NCBI GenBank assembly: GCA_015485695.1
Contig: WFTB01000002.1
Span: 1-61,893 of the forward strand
Direction of reading: 5' to 3'
Length of the DNA stretch: 61,893 bases
DNA from: Patescibacteria group bacterium
GTDB taxonomy: Bacteria > Patescibacteriota > Patescibacteriia > WFTA01 > S139-112
Position numbers and translations under genes: made by a program
Shown here: piece after piece, positions 34,706 through 44,141 of the stretch
How the letters are laid out: each line of letters opens with the position of its first letter
How positions within the stretch are numbered: position 1 is the stretch's first letter
The notes under the pieces: generated by a model
What the model was told of the DNA's origin: nothing
What the model saw: the letters and a program-made list of their open reading frames with translations, nothing else
Databases searched by the model: none

Positions 34706-36628
34706 TTATTCGGATCTTGTAAAATACCAGTTCATAACTTCTCTGAAAACGGGAGTCGCGGACATTCCTCCGCTTATTCCGTTCTCCACCAAGACCACCA
34801 ACACTATTTCCGGATTTTCGTATGGCGCGAATCCGGCAAACCATGCATGCGGTTCCTTGTCGCCACCAACTTGAGCGGTTCCCGTCTTGCCCGCGGAAGT
34901 CACCGGCAAGGTCAACAGGCTTCTTGCCGAACCGTAAAGCACGGTATCCCGAAGTCCTCTTCTGACCGCGTTTATGTTTTTTCGACTTGCGACTTTTTCG
35001 TTTATTTTTTCCGGAAAATACTCATATACGCTCTCGCCCATTGAATTTGTCACGCTTTTAACTATTTGAGGCTTGTAAAGCGTTCCTCCATTTGCAAACA
35101 CGGACATCATGTTTGCCAATTGAATGGGCGTCACCAAAATATCTCCCTGCCCTATCGCCAAGTGGTATGTGTCGCCGACATACCATGATTCTCCTTTGGT
35201 TTCTTTTTTCCATTGTTTGGTCGGCAAAAACCCGCTTCTTTCTCCAGGTAAATCTATTCCCGTCGTTTGTCCGAATCCGAATCTTTTCGCGTAATCGTTT
35301 ATCCGAGCGACCCCGAGCCCTTGGAAATCTTCAAACCCACCACCTATGTAATAATAATAAGTGTTAACGGATTCGGCTATGCTTTTCGCAAGGTCAGTCC
35401 AACCGTGTCCTCCCGCCTTCCAATCCGGAAAATACCAAGAAGACAATGTTATTCCCCCTCCGCTGAAAAATCTTGTTGAAGGAGTCACAATACCTTCGGC
35501 TAGAGCTCCGGTCGCGACAACCGGTTTAAAAGTCGATCCCGGAGGATATGTTCCGCTCAGTGTTCTGTTAAACAACGGCTGTCTATCGTCTTTTAAAAGA
35601 GAGCGTATCGCATCATTGTCTCTTGTTATGAAAACGTTATTGTCGTAAGTCGGAACGCTTACAAGAGCGAGTACCTCTCCGTTCATGGGATTTAATGCGA
35701 CGGCCGCTCCCCGCCCGCCAACATCCGCCGCTTTTTCCTCCAAAACTTGAGTCAATTTATCTTGGAGTCGCGCGTCTATGCTCAAAATCAAATTATTGCC
35801 GGGAGTCAACGGATTTTTCGAAACCACTCTTTTTTCGTTTCCATGCACATCTATTTCCACATATGTTTGCTCGTCTCGACCTCGCAATGTTTTTTCGTAT
35901 TTTTTTTCAAGTCCCATGCGACCTATTTGATCTCCGAAATAATACCCTTCTTGCTTCAACGCGTCCCATTCTTCTTCCTTTATCGCGCCCAAATAACCCA
36001 AAACCTGGGACAGTGATTCTCCTCCGATATAAGACCTTTTTATACCCTGGTCCAGCAAAATTCCGGGCAAATTCGGATTTAACTTTATTCCGAGCATTGT
36101 CTCGTGAGATATGTTTTCTTTTATGGTGATTATCGGTTTTTCGTATTTCCCGTCGATTATAACTTCTTTGATTCTCTCTCGAGCCGATTCATCATCTTCC
36201 GGAATCAGAGAAGAAAGCTCATTTGCGATTCTTTCAAGTTCCTCTCGATTCCCGGGTAAATTCGCGGTCACAATCTTCAAATCAAATCTCGGAGTATTTA
36301 CAACCACGGGAGTCAAATATCTGTCATAAATCAAACCCCTTGGAGCTATCGTTCTTTCTATTTTTATGCGATTGCCTTCCGCCATGTTCGTGTATCTCTC
36401 GCTTTGAACAACTTGAAGTTGCGCGACCCTTCCGATAATCATGGCAACTATTAAAAAGGCGAAAACCGACAGCATTTTCACATAAGTCCCGTCCAGAGGA
36501 GAACCGACTATGGTTTCTTCATAATCTCCGGGAATATCCTCGCCTTCATGCATCCTGTAGCTGAAACCAGGCAAAGACCTGTCCTTTATCGAATTGTCAT
36601 TATCGGAAATATGAAAAGGATTGTTCAT
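34706..36628 (-). CDS. mrdA: penicillin-binding protein 2 (elongasome transpeptidase)
   Basis: Motifs are SxxK (GSTFKP), SxN (ESVN) and KTG (AGKTGTAQ). It has an N-terminal TM and pedestal domain and lies directly downstream of mreBCD. Confidence 0.9.
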   Translation of the reverse strand: MNNPFHISDNDNSIKDRSLPGFSYRMHEGEDIPGDYEETIVGSPLDGTYVKMLSVFAFLIVAMIIGRVAQLQVVQSERYTNMAEGNRIKIERTIAPRGLIYDRYLTPVVVNTPRFDLKIVTANLPGNREELERIANELSSLIPEDDESARERIKEVIIDGKYEKPIITIKENISHETMLGIKLNPNLPGILLDQGIKRSYIGGESLSQVLGYLGAIKEEEWDALKQEGYYFGDQIGRMGLEKKYEKTLRGRDEQTYVEIDVHGNEKRVVSKNPLTPGNNLILSIDARLQDKLTQVLEEKAADVGGRGAAVALNPMNGEVLALVSVPTYDNNVFITRDNDAIRSLLKDDRQPLFNRTLSGTYPPGSTFKPVVATGALAEGIVTPSTRFFSGGGITLSSWYFPDWKAGGHGWTDLAKSIAESVNTYYYYIGGGFEDFQGLGVARINDYAKRFGFGQTTGIDLPGERSGFLPTKQWKKETKGESWYVGDTYHLAIGQGDILVTPIQLANMMSVFANGGTLYKPQIVKSVTNSMGESVYEYFPEKINEKVASRKNINAVRRGLRDTVLYGSARSLLTLPVTSAGKTGTAQVGGDKEPHAWFAGFAPYENPEIVLVVLVENGISGGMSATPVFREVMNWYFTRSE

Positions 36629-36637
36629 GGTTAATTA

Positions 36638-37141
36638 TTATTTGTTTATTCGTCCGGTCTGAGAATAATTAGAATAAGCAATTTGCGCAATTAGCAAAAC
36701 GATAAACGTTATAACGATTTCAATCAAACGATAATGCCAAAAATTCGGTTGAAACACAAAAGACAGAGCCGGATCGATTGACGCGTATATTCTGTATATT
36801 GCGTTTGAGCCGATATAAAACGACGCAACCCCCAAAACGGACAAAAGAAGGGTTTGTATCAAGTCTTTATTGTCGTACCATTTCGCGACGGCCTGAGAGA
36901 CGCCCATCGACAGTACCAATCCTACGGAAACCGCTCCGAAAACGGGAGAAACGGTTGTATCAATCACAAATCCGCCAACTATTGCCATGATACGCGATTG
37001 ATACGGACGTTCAACTATCAAAAGTACGATTCCGGTCAAAAGCAAAATATTAATCATCTGCAAATTAAAAACCGGAAATACGGAAACCATGACAACGGCC
37101 TCAAAAAAAGCAACAGCGCTCCAAAAAAGATATGATTTCAT
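36638..37141 (-). CDS. mreD: rod-shape-determining protein MreD
   Basis: 167-aa polytopic membrane protein located between mreC and mrdA. Confidence 0.7.
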   Translation of the reverse strand: MKSYLFWSAVAFFEAVVMVSVFPVFNLQMINILLLTGIVLLIVERPYQSRIMAIVGGFVIDTTVSPVFGAVSVGLVLSMGVSQAVAKWYDNKDLIQTLLLSVLGVASFYIGSNAIYRIYASIDPALSFVFQPNFWHYRLIEIVITFIVLLIAQIAYSNYSQTGRINK

Positions 37142-37145
37142 ATTA

Positions 37146-37943
37146 TTACAATGACCTGTATATCACGTAAACGAAAAGTGTGGTATTTGGATCGGAATAC
37201 GGCCGAACCGTCGCTTTTCGAAACAATTCGCCCGATTTTTCCGTTACCGACTCTATCTCGCCTATTACTATGTTCTCGGGAATGTTATTGATTCTTGATG
37301 TTACAATAATGTCTTTTTCCGCTATATCGATATCAAGAGGGACCAAATCAAGCTCCAAAGCCAAAGAAAAATCTCCTCTCAAAGTTCCTATCGGTTTTAC
37401 ATCGTCTTGGCGCTTAACCGCTATACCGAAGTCGGGATGCGTCATCAATCTTAATCTCGCGCTTGTTTTGTTCGCTCCGATTATGTCGCCCAACAATTCA
37501 CCTTTTTCATTTGTTACCAAATCGCCTTTCGATATGCCGTCTTTTGACCCTTTGTTTATCAAAAAAACCGAAGATCCTGTCATGTCGTTTTGACCTATTA
37601 TCCTTGCCAACACTCCGTCAAATCCGCTGTTTTTAACGTATTGCAACGCTTCTTTTAAACGCTCGTTTTCTACAACCATGGGACGAAGCTTGTTGATTGA
37701 ACGCGTTAATTCTTCGTTTTCTTTTCTCAGTCGCTCATTCTCTTCGCGAAGAGATACGTCCGGAACAAACCGATTGGACAAATTCTTGATATTCGAACTT
37801 ACCCCATAAAAAAAAGAATAAAAAGGCTTGATTGACGTTGATACGACTCTCTCCGCGGGTCGCAAGGCACCGATGCTCTTGAGAGCGATTATCAAAATCA
37901 CGAGAAAAAACCCGAACAGAAATATTTTTCTATACGAAGGCAT
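37146..37943 (-). CDS. mreC: rod-shape-determining protein MreC
   Basis: N-terminal TM, a coiled coil (LREENERLRKENEELTRSINKL), then beta-barrel domains. It follows mreB. Confidence 0.85.
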   Translation of the reverse strand: MPSYRKIFLFGFFLVILIIALKSIGALRPAERVVSTSIKPFYSFFYGVSSNIKNLSNRFVPDVSLREENERLRKENEELTRSINKLRPMVVENERLKEALQYVKNSGFDGVLARIIGQNDMTGSSVFLINKGSKDGISKGDLVTNEKGELLGDIIGANKTSARLRLMTHPDFGIAVKRQDDVKPIGTLRGDFSLALELDLVPLDIDIAEKDIIVTSRINNIPENIVIGEIESVTEKSGELFRKATVRPYSDPNTTLFVYVIYRSL

Positions 37944-37954
37944 GCAAAATCAAA

Positions 37955-38995
37955 TTAACTCAAATTCTCCGGAAGTATAAGTTCTTTCCATGTATCGAGG
38001 TCGTCAAGAATCATTCCGGTACCCAAGGCGACGGAAGTTAGAGGCTCATCAGCGACATTGACCGGCACTTGAGTTTCGTCCTCTATCAGAACGTCAAATC
38101 CTCTGAGCAAAGCACCTCCTCCGGTAAGCAATATACCTCTTTGATATATCTCGGACACAAGTTCGGGCGGGGTTTCTTCGATTACCATTTTGACGGCATC
38201 CACAATCTGCCGAATGGTTCTCGTGAGAGCTTCTCTGATTTGAGAGTCGGTCACGGTCACCTCTCTCGGAAGTCCGGTAACCAAGTCTCTTCCGCGCATT
38301 TTCGTTTCAAGGTCGTTTTCAAGCGGATATGCCGATCCCACTTTTATTTTTATTTCTTCGGCGGTGGTTTCTCCGAGCAACAAATTAAATTGGTCTCTCG
38401 CGTAAGATATAATCTGACTGTTCATTTCTTGTCCGGCGAATTTTAGAGATTTTGCGGTCACAACCCCGTTAAGAGAAATAACGGCTATGTCGGTTGTGCC
38501 TCCTCCAACATCGACAACCATGCTTGCGAGAGCTTCTTGTACTGGCAAACGCGCGCCAACCGCCGCCGCAACAGGTTCTTCCACCAAAAACACCTCCGAA
38601 GCTCCGGCGGAAAGCGCGGCGTCTTCCACGGCCTTGCGCTCCACCTCTGTCACTTGCAACGGTATTCCGATAGTGACGCGCGGACGCGACATAAAAGAAA
38701 ACGATTCTTGGTGAACTTTGTCTATAAAATATTTTATCATTTTTTCAGTTACCTCGAAATCGGATATTACACCGCTTGAGAGAGGATGCATGGCGACAAT
38801 ATGCGGAGGTGTTTTGCCAAGCATTTTTTTCGCTTCTTCGCCGACCGCGAGGATATTGTCGGTACGAGTGTTTATCGCAACCACGGAAGGTTCGTTAATC
38901 ACGATACCTCGGTCTTTAACATGGACCAGAGTATTCGCTGTGCCCAAGTCGATTCCTATGTCACGACTGAATTTTCCTGCAACTTTTTTGAACAT
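37955..38995 (-). CDS. mreB: actin-like rod-shape protein MreB
   Basis: Actin/Hsp70-fold motifs are IGIDLGTANT, VVDVGGGTTD and GILLTGGGALLRG. Confidence 0.95.
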   Translation of the reverse strand: MFKKVAGKFSRDIGIDLGTANTLVHVKDRGIVINEPSVVAINTRTDNILAVGEEAKKMLGKTPPHIVAMHPLSSGVISDFEVTEKMIKYFIDKVHQESFSFMSRPRVTIGIPLQVTEVERKAVEDAALSAGASEVFLVEEPVAAAVGARLPVQEALASMVVDVGGGTTDIAVISLNGVVTAKSLKFAGQEMNSQIISYARDQFNLLLGETTAEEIKIKVGSAYPLENDLETKMRGRDLVTGLPREVTVTDSQIREALTRTIRQIVDAVKMVIEETPPELVSEIYQRGILLTGGGALLRGFDVLIEDETQVPVNVADEPLTSVALGTGMILDDLDTWKELILPENLS

Positions 38996-39010
38996 GATTG
39001 TTGTGTAAAT

Positions 39011-40255
39011 TTATAAAGTGTAAAACGCTCGCATGCGATTCAACAACTCACTCGCGTCAATAAGCTCAATGTCCGAATTTGAGCGTTCTTTCCATTCTAT
39101 TTTTCCATCCGTTTTCTCGCTTATGACAAGCCTGACGCTTATTCCGATTAAATCGGCTTCGGCGAATTTCTCTCCGGCCCCTTTATCGCGATCGTCGTAG
39201 AGTACACTAAAACCACCTCCTTGTAAAGTTTCGTAAACCGCGTCGGCTTCGGTCGAATCTTGTTTCAAATTCAGCAAGTGAACATGATATGGGGTTACCG
39301 ACTTCGGCCAGATTATCCCCTTATCATCGTGATGGATTTCAACAATACTTGCCATCAGCCTGCTTATGCCTATTCCGTAAGACGCCATGATGACCGGAAT
39401 TTCCGCGCCTTTCGCGTCCGCATACTCAAATCCGAACGCCTTTGAAAACCTGTCTGACAATTTAAATATGTTACCAACCTCGATAGATGGTTTTTTAACC
39501 AAATCAGACGAATCACATTCCGGGCACTTTCGATTTACATCATCAATTATTTCGTCATTAACGGCTATGTGGCAATCATGGCAAACATGCACGGTATCCT
39601 CTCCGCTATCCGATATCGTCTGAAACTCATGTGAATATTTTGAAAAATCTCCACCGGACGCGTATGTCTTCATGGTATTTTCCGCGATAAAAACACGACC
39701 CCATATTTTTTCATAAGCATCCGTGACCGATATATAATATTCATCAAGGTCATCTTGAGACACATGAAACGAATACAAATCTTTCATTAAAAATTCTCTT
39801 CCACGCAAAAGACCGGACCTTGAACGAAGTTCATTTCTAAATTTATTTTGAATTTGATAAACGGCCATCGGAAAATCTTTGTAAGAAAATATATATTTTC
39901 TCGCCAACGGAGTTATCACTTCTTCGTGTGTCGGTCCCAAGACTATCTGTGTGTCTTTAGCCGTATCGAGTTTGAACAAAACATCAAACGAATCCCAACG
40001 ATTTGTTTGAATCCAGTATTCCTTTGGATGCAAAGACGGCATGAGAAGCTCTTGAGCTCCTATAGAGTTCATTTCTTCGCGAACTATCTGTTCTATTTTT
40101 TTCAATACGCGAAACCCTAGAGGAAGATATGTGTAAACACCAGCCATTGTCTTATCGATAAACCCTCCTCTTATCAAGAATTGAGCATTTAACGACTCTT
40201 CGTCTTTCGGGACTTCTTTTAGGGCTCGTTTTGGAAATAATCGTGATTGTTTCAT
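39011..40255 (-). CDS. proS: prolyl-tRNA synthetase, minimal form with a CxxC..CxxC insert instead of the INS editing domain
   Basis: ProRS motif 2 is FRNELRSRSGLLRGREFLMKDLYSFH, and there is a C-terminal anticodon-binding domain. It is only 414 aa. The insert is VCHDCHIAVNDEIIDDVNRKCPECD (about 39500-39600). Confidence 0.9.
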   Translation of the reverse strand: MKQSRLFPKRALKEVPKDEESLNAQFLIRGGFIDKTMAGVYTYLPLGFRVLKKIEQIVREEMNSIGAQELLMPSLHPKEYWIQTNRWDSFDVLFKLDTAKDTQIVLGPTHEEVITPLARKYIFSYKDFPMAVYQIQNKFRNELRSRSGLLRGREFLMKDLYSFHVSQDDLDEYYISVTDAYEKIWGRVFIAENTMKTYASGGDFSKYSHEFQTISDSGEDTVHVCHDCHIAVNDEIIDDVNRKCPECDSSDLVKKPSIEVGNIFKLSDRFSKAFGFEYADAKGAEIPVIMASYGIGISRLMASIVEIHHDDKGIIWPKSVTPYHVHLLNLKQDSTEADAVYETLQGGGFSVLYDDRDKGAGEKFAEADLIGISVRLVISEKTDGKIEWKERSNSDIELIDASELLNRMRAFYTL

Positions 40256-40261
40256 AAATTC

Positions 40262-40304
40262 AAAAAAACTGAAACGGCACGGATATAAAAACCGTGAGTT
40301 CAGT
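40262..40304 (-). terminator. rho-independent terminator of tauE, ending about 8 nt before the proS ATG
   Basis: On the minus strand, ACTGAA..CACGG-loop-CCGTG..TTCAGT is followed by T7. Confidence 0.65.
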
Positions 40305-40330
40305 ATAAAACGTATATTGAATATTGTCTA
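40302..40330 (-). promoter_or_regulatory. candidate proS promoter overlapping the tauE stop codon and the terminator 5' arm
   Basis: On the minus strand: TAGACA (40330-40325), a 17-nt spacer, then TATACT (40307-40302). Confidence 0.4.
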
Positions 40331-41080
40331 TCGGAAAAAAATCAATTTAACGGATGATGCTATAACAACGACCGTTATCAACACCTTAACCCAAGTAGAC
40401 CCGAAACGTGTCGCCCAATTCACACCTATGACCGAACCGATGATAAGTCCAGCGGTTACAGGGAAAAACACGACCCAATCAATGTCATTACTACTGAAAA
40501 AAACAATCGACGCTGATGCGGACATCATAAATCCAACAACGCGAGCGTTAGCCACATTCACAAGCATGTTCCATCCTCCTATCCAAGCAAACAAGAATAT
40601 TGCGAATGTTCCGAATCCGGCTCCGTAAAACCCCCCGTATACACCGAGCAAAAAACCGGCAATCGCAAGTACCGGTCTTCTGATATTTTTGTTTTTAAAT
40701 ATCTTGTTTACTTTATATCCTCGCCCAAGTTTCGGAAGAGCGAAAAGAAGAACCAGCATAACTATAGCGACTATATACGATAAAATATTTAAATCAAGAT
40801 TCACCGTGATATACGCGCCAAGCATTCCTCCAAGAGCTGACCATACCCCTGTCCATATTGCGGGTCTCCACTTTACGAATCCTTTTTTCCAAAACAACCC
40901 CGCGGTCGCAAGCTCTTGAACAAGAGCCCCGGCTCGCATTGTACCTATAGCAACATTTACCGGAATACCGAACAAAAGAAATGTCGGCACAAGCATAAGA
41001 GCCCCGCCTCCGGCAACCGAAGCATACACTCCGGTGGCGACTCCGACAGCAAACAATACAATTTGATACAACTCTCCCAT
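40328..41080 (-). CDS. TauE/SafE-family (DUF81) anion exporter
   Basis: 250-aa polytopic membrane protein. It has the repeated G-rich helix motifs (VAGGGALMLVP, AGFGTFAIFLF) characteristic of the family. Confidence 0.85.
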   Translation of the reverse strand: MGELYQIVLFAVGVATGVYASVAGGGALMLVPTFLLFGIPVNVAIGTMRAGALVQELATAGLFWKKGFVKWRPAIWTGVWSALGGMLGAYITVNLDLNILSYIVAIVMLVLLFALPKLGRGYKVNKIFKNKNIRRPVLAIAGFLLGVYGGFYGAGFGTFAIFLFAWIGGWNMLVNVANARVVGFMMSASASIVFFSSNDIDWVVFFPVTAGLIIGSVIGVNWATRFGSTWVKVLITVVVIASSVKLIFFR

Positions 41081-41096
41081 GGTTAATATATAAACT

Positions 41097-42281
41097 TTAA
41101 AATATATTTTTGATGGCGTTTATTATTCCGAATGTTCCGATATCCTTGAAGGTAACGGCGAGCACCAACAACATCAGTAAAGAAAAACCGACCATGTTGG
41201 TATATTGCATTACTTTTCTGGATAGAGGGCGACCTCTCAATTTTTCGATAATTACAAATATCAATTGACCTCCGTCAAGAGCGGGAAAAGGCATTATGTT
41301 TATAATCGCGAGGTTAATCGAAAGAATCGCGGCAAATTGCAAAACCGCAAGCATACCGATATCAACAGCCTTTCCGGTCATGACGGCGATTCCTATCGGA
41401 CCGGCTATGTCTTCTTCGACTTTGCCCGTGGATACCAATTTTTTCAAAATATCCCCGAGAGCCACCGTTATGTTGCGCGTCATGTATACCGACGATTTTG
41501 TTCCTTGCCAAATCGATTCAAAAAACCCATATTTTATGATTCCGGTTTCGGCGAGCGCGACCCCGAGAGCGACGGAATCTGTTTTGGGTAAGTATTCGGG
41601 CGTTATGTCAATCGTCATTGTTTTGCCGTCACGGCTTACCAAAATATTCACGGATTTGTCCGCGAACTCTCCGACAAAATCTTGCAACTCCCGTACCGAT
41701 TCAAAGGACTGGTCCGGAGTGCCGACTATGTAATCCCCTTCTTTTATTCCTGAGCGTTCGGCTGGAGAACCGGGAAGAACCGACAATACCGTCAAGTTAA
41801 CGTTATCAACTCTCGAGCGTTCTTCTTGGGATTCGACAACGGTCGGAAACCCTATACCAAACACTATGCTCATAAGAATGACCGCCAATACAAAATTCAT
41901 GACAACGCCGGCGACAAGTATGGCGGCTCTCTTTCCCGGAGTCGCTTCCGAAAAACTGTCAGGACCCGTTTCCGCGTCATCTTCGCCTTTCATTCGAACA
42001 AAACCACCGATTGGCAACCAGCTTATCGAGAAAATCGTATTTGCATTATCTTCATCCTCTCCTTCTTTGGATCTGCCTTTCAAAATTTCCCATTTTTCCA
42101 ACCCTTTAGCTCCAGTTTTGTGATTGTTTCTTTTTCTTATTCCAATCGCCCTCGGCGGCATACCTATCGAAAACTCTTTAACCGACACTCCGGATTTTCT
42201 CGCAACCCAAAAGTGTCCCAATTCATGGACAAACACAAGAGCGGTCAAGACCGCCAAAAAAGCAATAATTGTTATAAGCAT
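41097..42281 (-). CDS. rseP: site-2 (M50) intramembrane metalloprotease RseP
   Basis: HELGHFWVARKSG (HExxH), a central PDZ-like region and a C-terminal NxxPxxxLDG-like motif (NIMPFPALDGG). Confidence 0.9.
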   Translation of the reverse strand: MLITIIAFLAVLTALVFVHELGHFWVARKSGVSVKEFSIGMPPRAIGIRKRNNHKTGAKGLEKWEILKGRSKEGEDEDNANTIFSISWLPIGGFVRMKGEDDAETGPDSFSEATPGKRAAILVAGVVMNFVLAVILMSIVFGIGFPTVVESQEERSRVDNVNLTVLSVLPGSPAERSGIKEGDYIVGTPDQSFESVRELQDFVGEFADKSVNILVSRDGKTMTIDITPEYLPKTDSVALGVALAETGIIKYGFFESIWQGTKSSVYMTRNITVALGDILKKLVSTGKVEEDIAGPIGIAVMTGKAVDIGMLAVLQFAAILSINLAIINIMPFPALDGGQLIFVIIEKLRGRPLSRKVMQYTNMVGFSLLMLLVLAVTFKDIGTFGIINAIKNIF

Positions 42282-42358
42282 ATTATGGTTATTAAAGGAA
42301 CATCCGAAAAATCCGCATATTCGCGAAAACTTTTTGAAATTTCAGACAATTTCATAAG

Positions 42359-42910
42359 TTAAGCGTTAATCTCCGATTCTTTCTTGTCTCCCATTTCTTT
42401 AACTTTGTCGTTATATTCGCGAATCATGGAATCCAAGTCCTCAATAAGATTAAAACGCTCGTCTTCACTTATGTTTTTGTCTTTTTCTTGCTTGATTATA
42501 TCGTCTTTTATTTTTTCCCTTTGATTGCGAAGCGATATTCGAGCATCTTCCAATTTCGAATGCAAAACTCTGATTATTTTTTGTTTTATCTCATCGGTCA
42601 TCAATGGCATGGTTATACGCAAACAAGACCCCTCATTCGCGATGCTAAGACCCAAGTCGGAAGCGTCGAGGGCTTTTTCTATCGGTTTCAACGTGGACTT
42701 ATCCCACGGTTCAACTAGAAGCTGACGGGCTTCCGGAACCGATATGGACGCCAATTGTTGCAACGGCAATGCGTCCGATTCTTCATATGCCACAACCGAA
42801 ATGTTTTCTATGAGAGCGGGGGTCGCTCTGTTGGTCCTCAAGCCGGCAAGCTCTCCGCTCAAATGTTCAATCACATTGTCAAACTTTGGTCTGTAGTCGT
42901 TTATATTCAT
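42359..42910 (-). CDS. frr: ribosome recycling factor
   Basis: 183 aa. The motifs LRTNRATPALIENISV and ITMPLMTDEIKQKIIR are typical of RRF. Confidence 0.95.
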   Translation of the reverse strand: MNINDYRPKFDNVIEHLSGELAGLRTNRATPALIENISVVAYEESDALPLQQLASISVPEARQLLVEPWDKSTLKPIEKALDASDLGLSIANEGSCLRITMPLMTDEIKQKIIRVLHSKLEDARISLRNQREKIKDDIIKQEKDKNISEDERFNLIEDLDSMIREYNDKVKEMGDKKESEINA

Positions 42911-43033
42911 AAAACTTTGCTTTGATTGGTCTTAAAAAAAATTTTTAACGTATCAAACGTCAAGTAATCGGCCAAACCCGAATTTTAAAGCGTATCAGGC
43001 TTCAAGGTTCGCAATCCAATCCTTTAGAGACTG

Positions 43034-43051
43034 CCTAAAAAGTCTCTTAGG
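43034..43051 (+). repeat. intergenic motif CCTAAAAAGTCTCTTAGG (copy 3)
   Basis: Shares the 14-nt CCTAAAAAGTCTCT with the reverse complement of 32193-32211. Here it forms a hairpin with the upstream AGAGACT. Confidence 0.8.
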
Positions 43052-43067
43052 AAAAAATCTTGCGAGC

Positions 43068-44141
43068 CTATCCTCCGAATCGCCTTTTTTTGATTTGCCT
43101 TACACCGAGATATATATTATCAGGGTTGAAAAAATCCACAAGCAAGGCGGTCGGATTTCTGGAGCTTGGGAGTTTTTTCACGCTCCAGTTTTTACCTCCG
43201 TCGAACGTGCGATTCAACAAATTTCCCGTCGTGTAGTAAATTTCGTCCGGATTGTTCGAATTCATCGCCAAATTACCTATCGATACCGAGCCTTCCGGAG
43301 TGACAAGATTTACGGGACTCCAAGTTCTTCCGGAGTCATTGGTCCACAACAAGCCAAAACGAGACGCGTAAAGCAATGACCCGTTTCTGGTTTCATCGTA
43401 AATCAAATCTTTGAATTCCATGCTTCCGGGATATTCTTTGGTATTGTAGAATTTGCTCAGATTTTTCCACTCATACCCTCCGTCGAATGACGCAACGATA
43501 CCTCTTCTACTCGTACCTATGAAAATAACGTCCGAATCATACGGGCTCATGACTATTTTCCTGATATTGCCCCCAACATTCACTCTCCAGTGCCATGTCT
43601 TGCCACCGTCTATGCTTGCAATCACGTCGCCCGTATTCATCCCTGCGTAAACCTTAGACGAATCCAAAATATCCACCGCTATTTGACTTATAATTGCTCC
43701 TCGAGCTTCAACATATATCTCGCTCCAATTGGCTCCATCGTCTTCCGTTTTCAATATGCGGTTTCCTTTTGACACGAACATCGTATTTGTGTCGTTAGGA
43801 TCCAGAGCAAGAGCGTAAACCGCCCCTCCAAGCAACTTGTCACTCCATTTGTCTCCTCCGTCAATGGTCGCATACACTCCAGCGTCGGTGCTGATGTATA
43901 TGCGCCTCGAATCAGTCGGATGGAATTTCATTATATTGATATTCAGATTGTTTAATGTAATTTCTTTTTCACCTTTTTTACCTACAAAAGAACGTTGACT
44001 CCAAGTTTCTCCCCTGTCCCCGGAAAACCACACACCCCCATCGGCTACATTTTTGGAACCGCCGATAATGGAACAAGCCTGTCCCATCAAAAGAGGAACG
44101 AACAATATCGCGATTAGTTTTGCGAATTTGGTTTTAATCAT
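43068..44141 (-). CDS. BNR/Asp-box repeat beta-propeller lipoprotein (Ycf48/sialidase-like fold)
   Basis: Lipobox LLMGQAC. It carries seven Asp-box-like motifs (SGDRGETWS, IDGGDKWS, EDDGANWS, IDGGKTWH, FDGGYEWK, NDSGRTWS, FDGGKNWS). Confidence 0.75.
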   Translation of the reverse strand: MIKTKFAKLIAILFVPLLMGQACSIIGGSKNVADGGVWFSGDRGETWSQRSFVGKKGEKEITLNNLNINIMKFHPTDSRRIYISTDAGVYATIDGGDKWSDKLLGGAVYALALDPNDTNTMFVSKGNRILKTEDDGANWSEIYVEARGAIISQIAVDILDSSKVYAGMNTGDVIASIDGGKTWHWRVNVGGNIRKIVMSPYDSDVIFIGTSRRGIVASFDGGYEWKNLSKFYNTKEYPGSMEFKDLIYDETRNGSLLYASRFGLLWTNDSGRTWSPVNLVTPEGSVSIGNLAMNSNNPDEIYYTTGNLLNRTFDGGKNWSVKKLPSSRNPTALLVDFFNPDNIYLGVRQIKKRRFGG

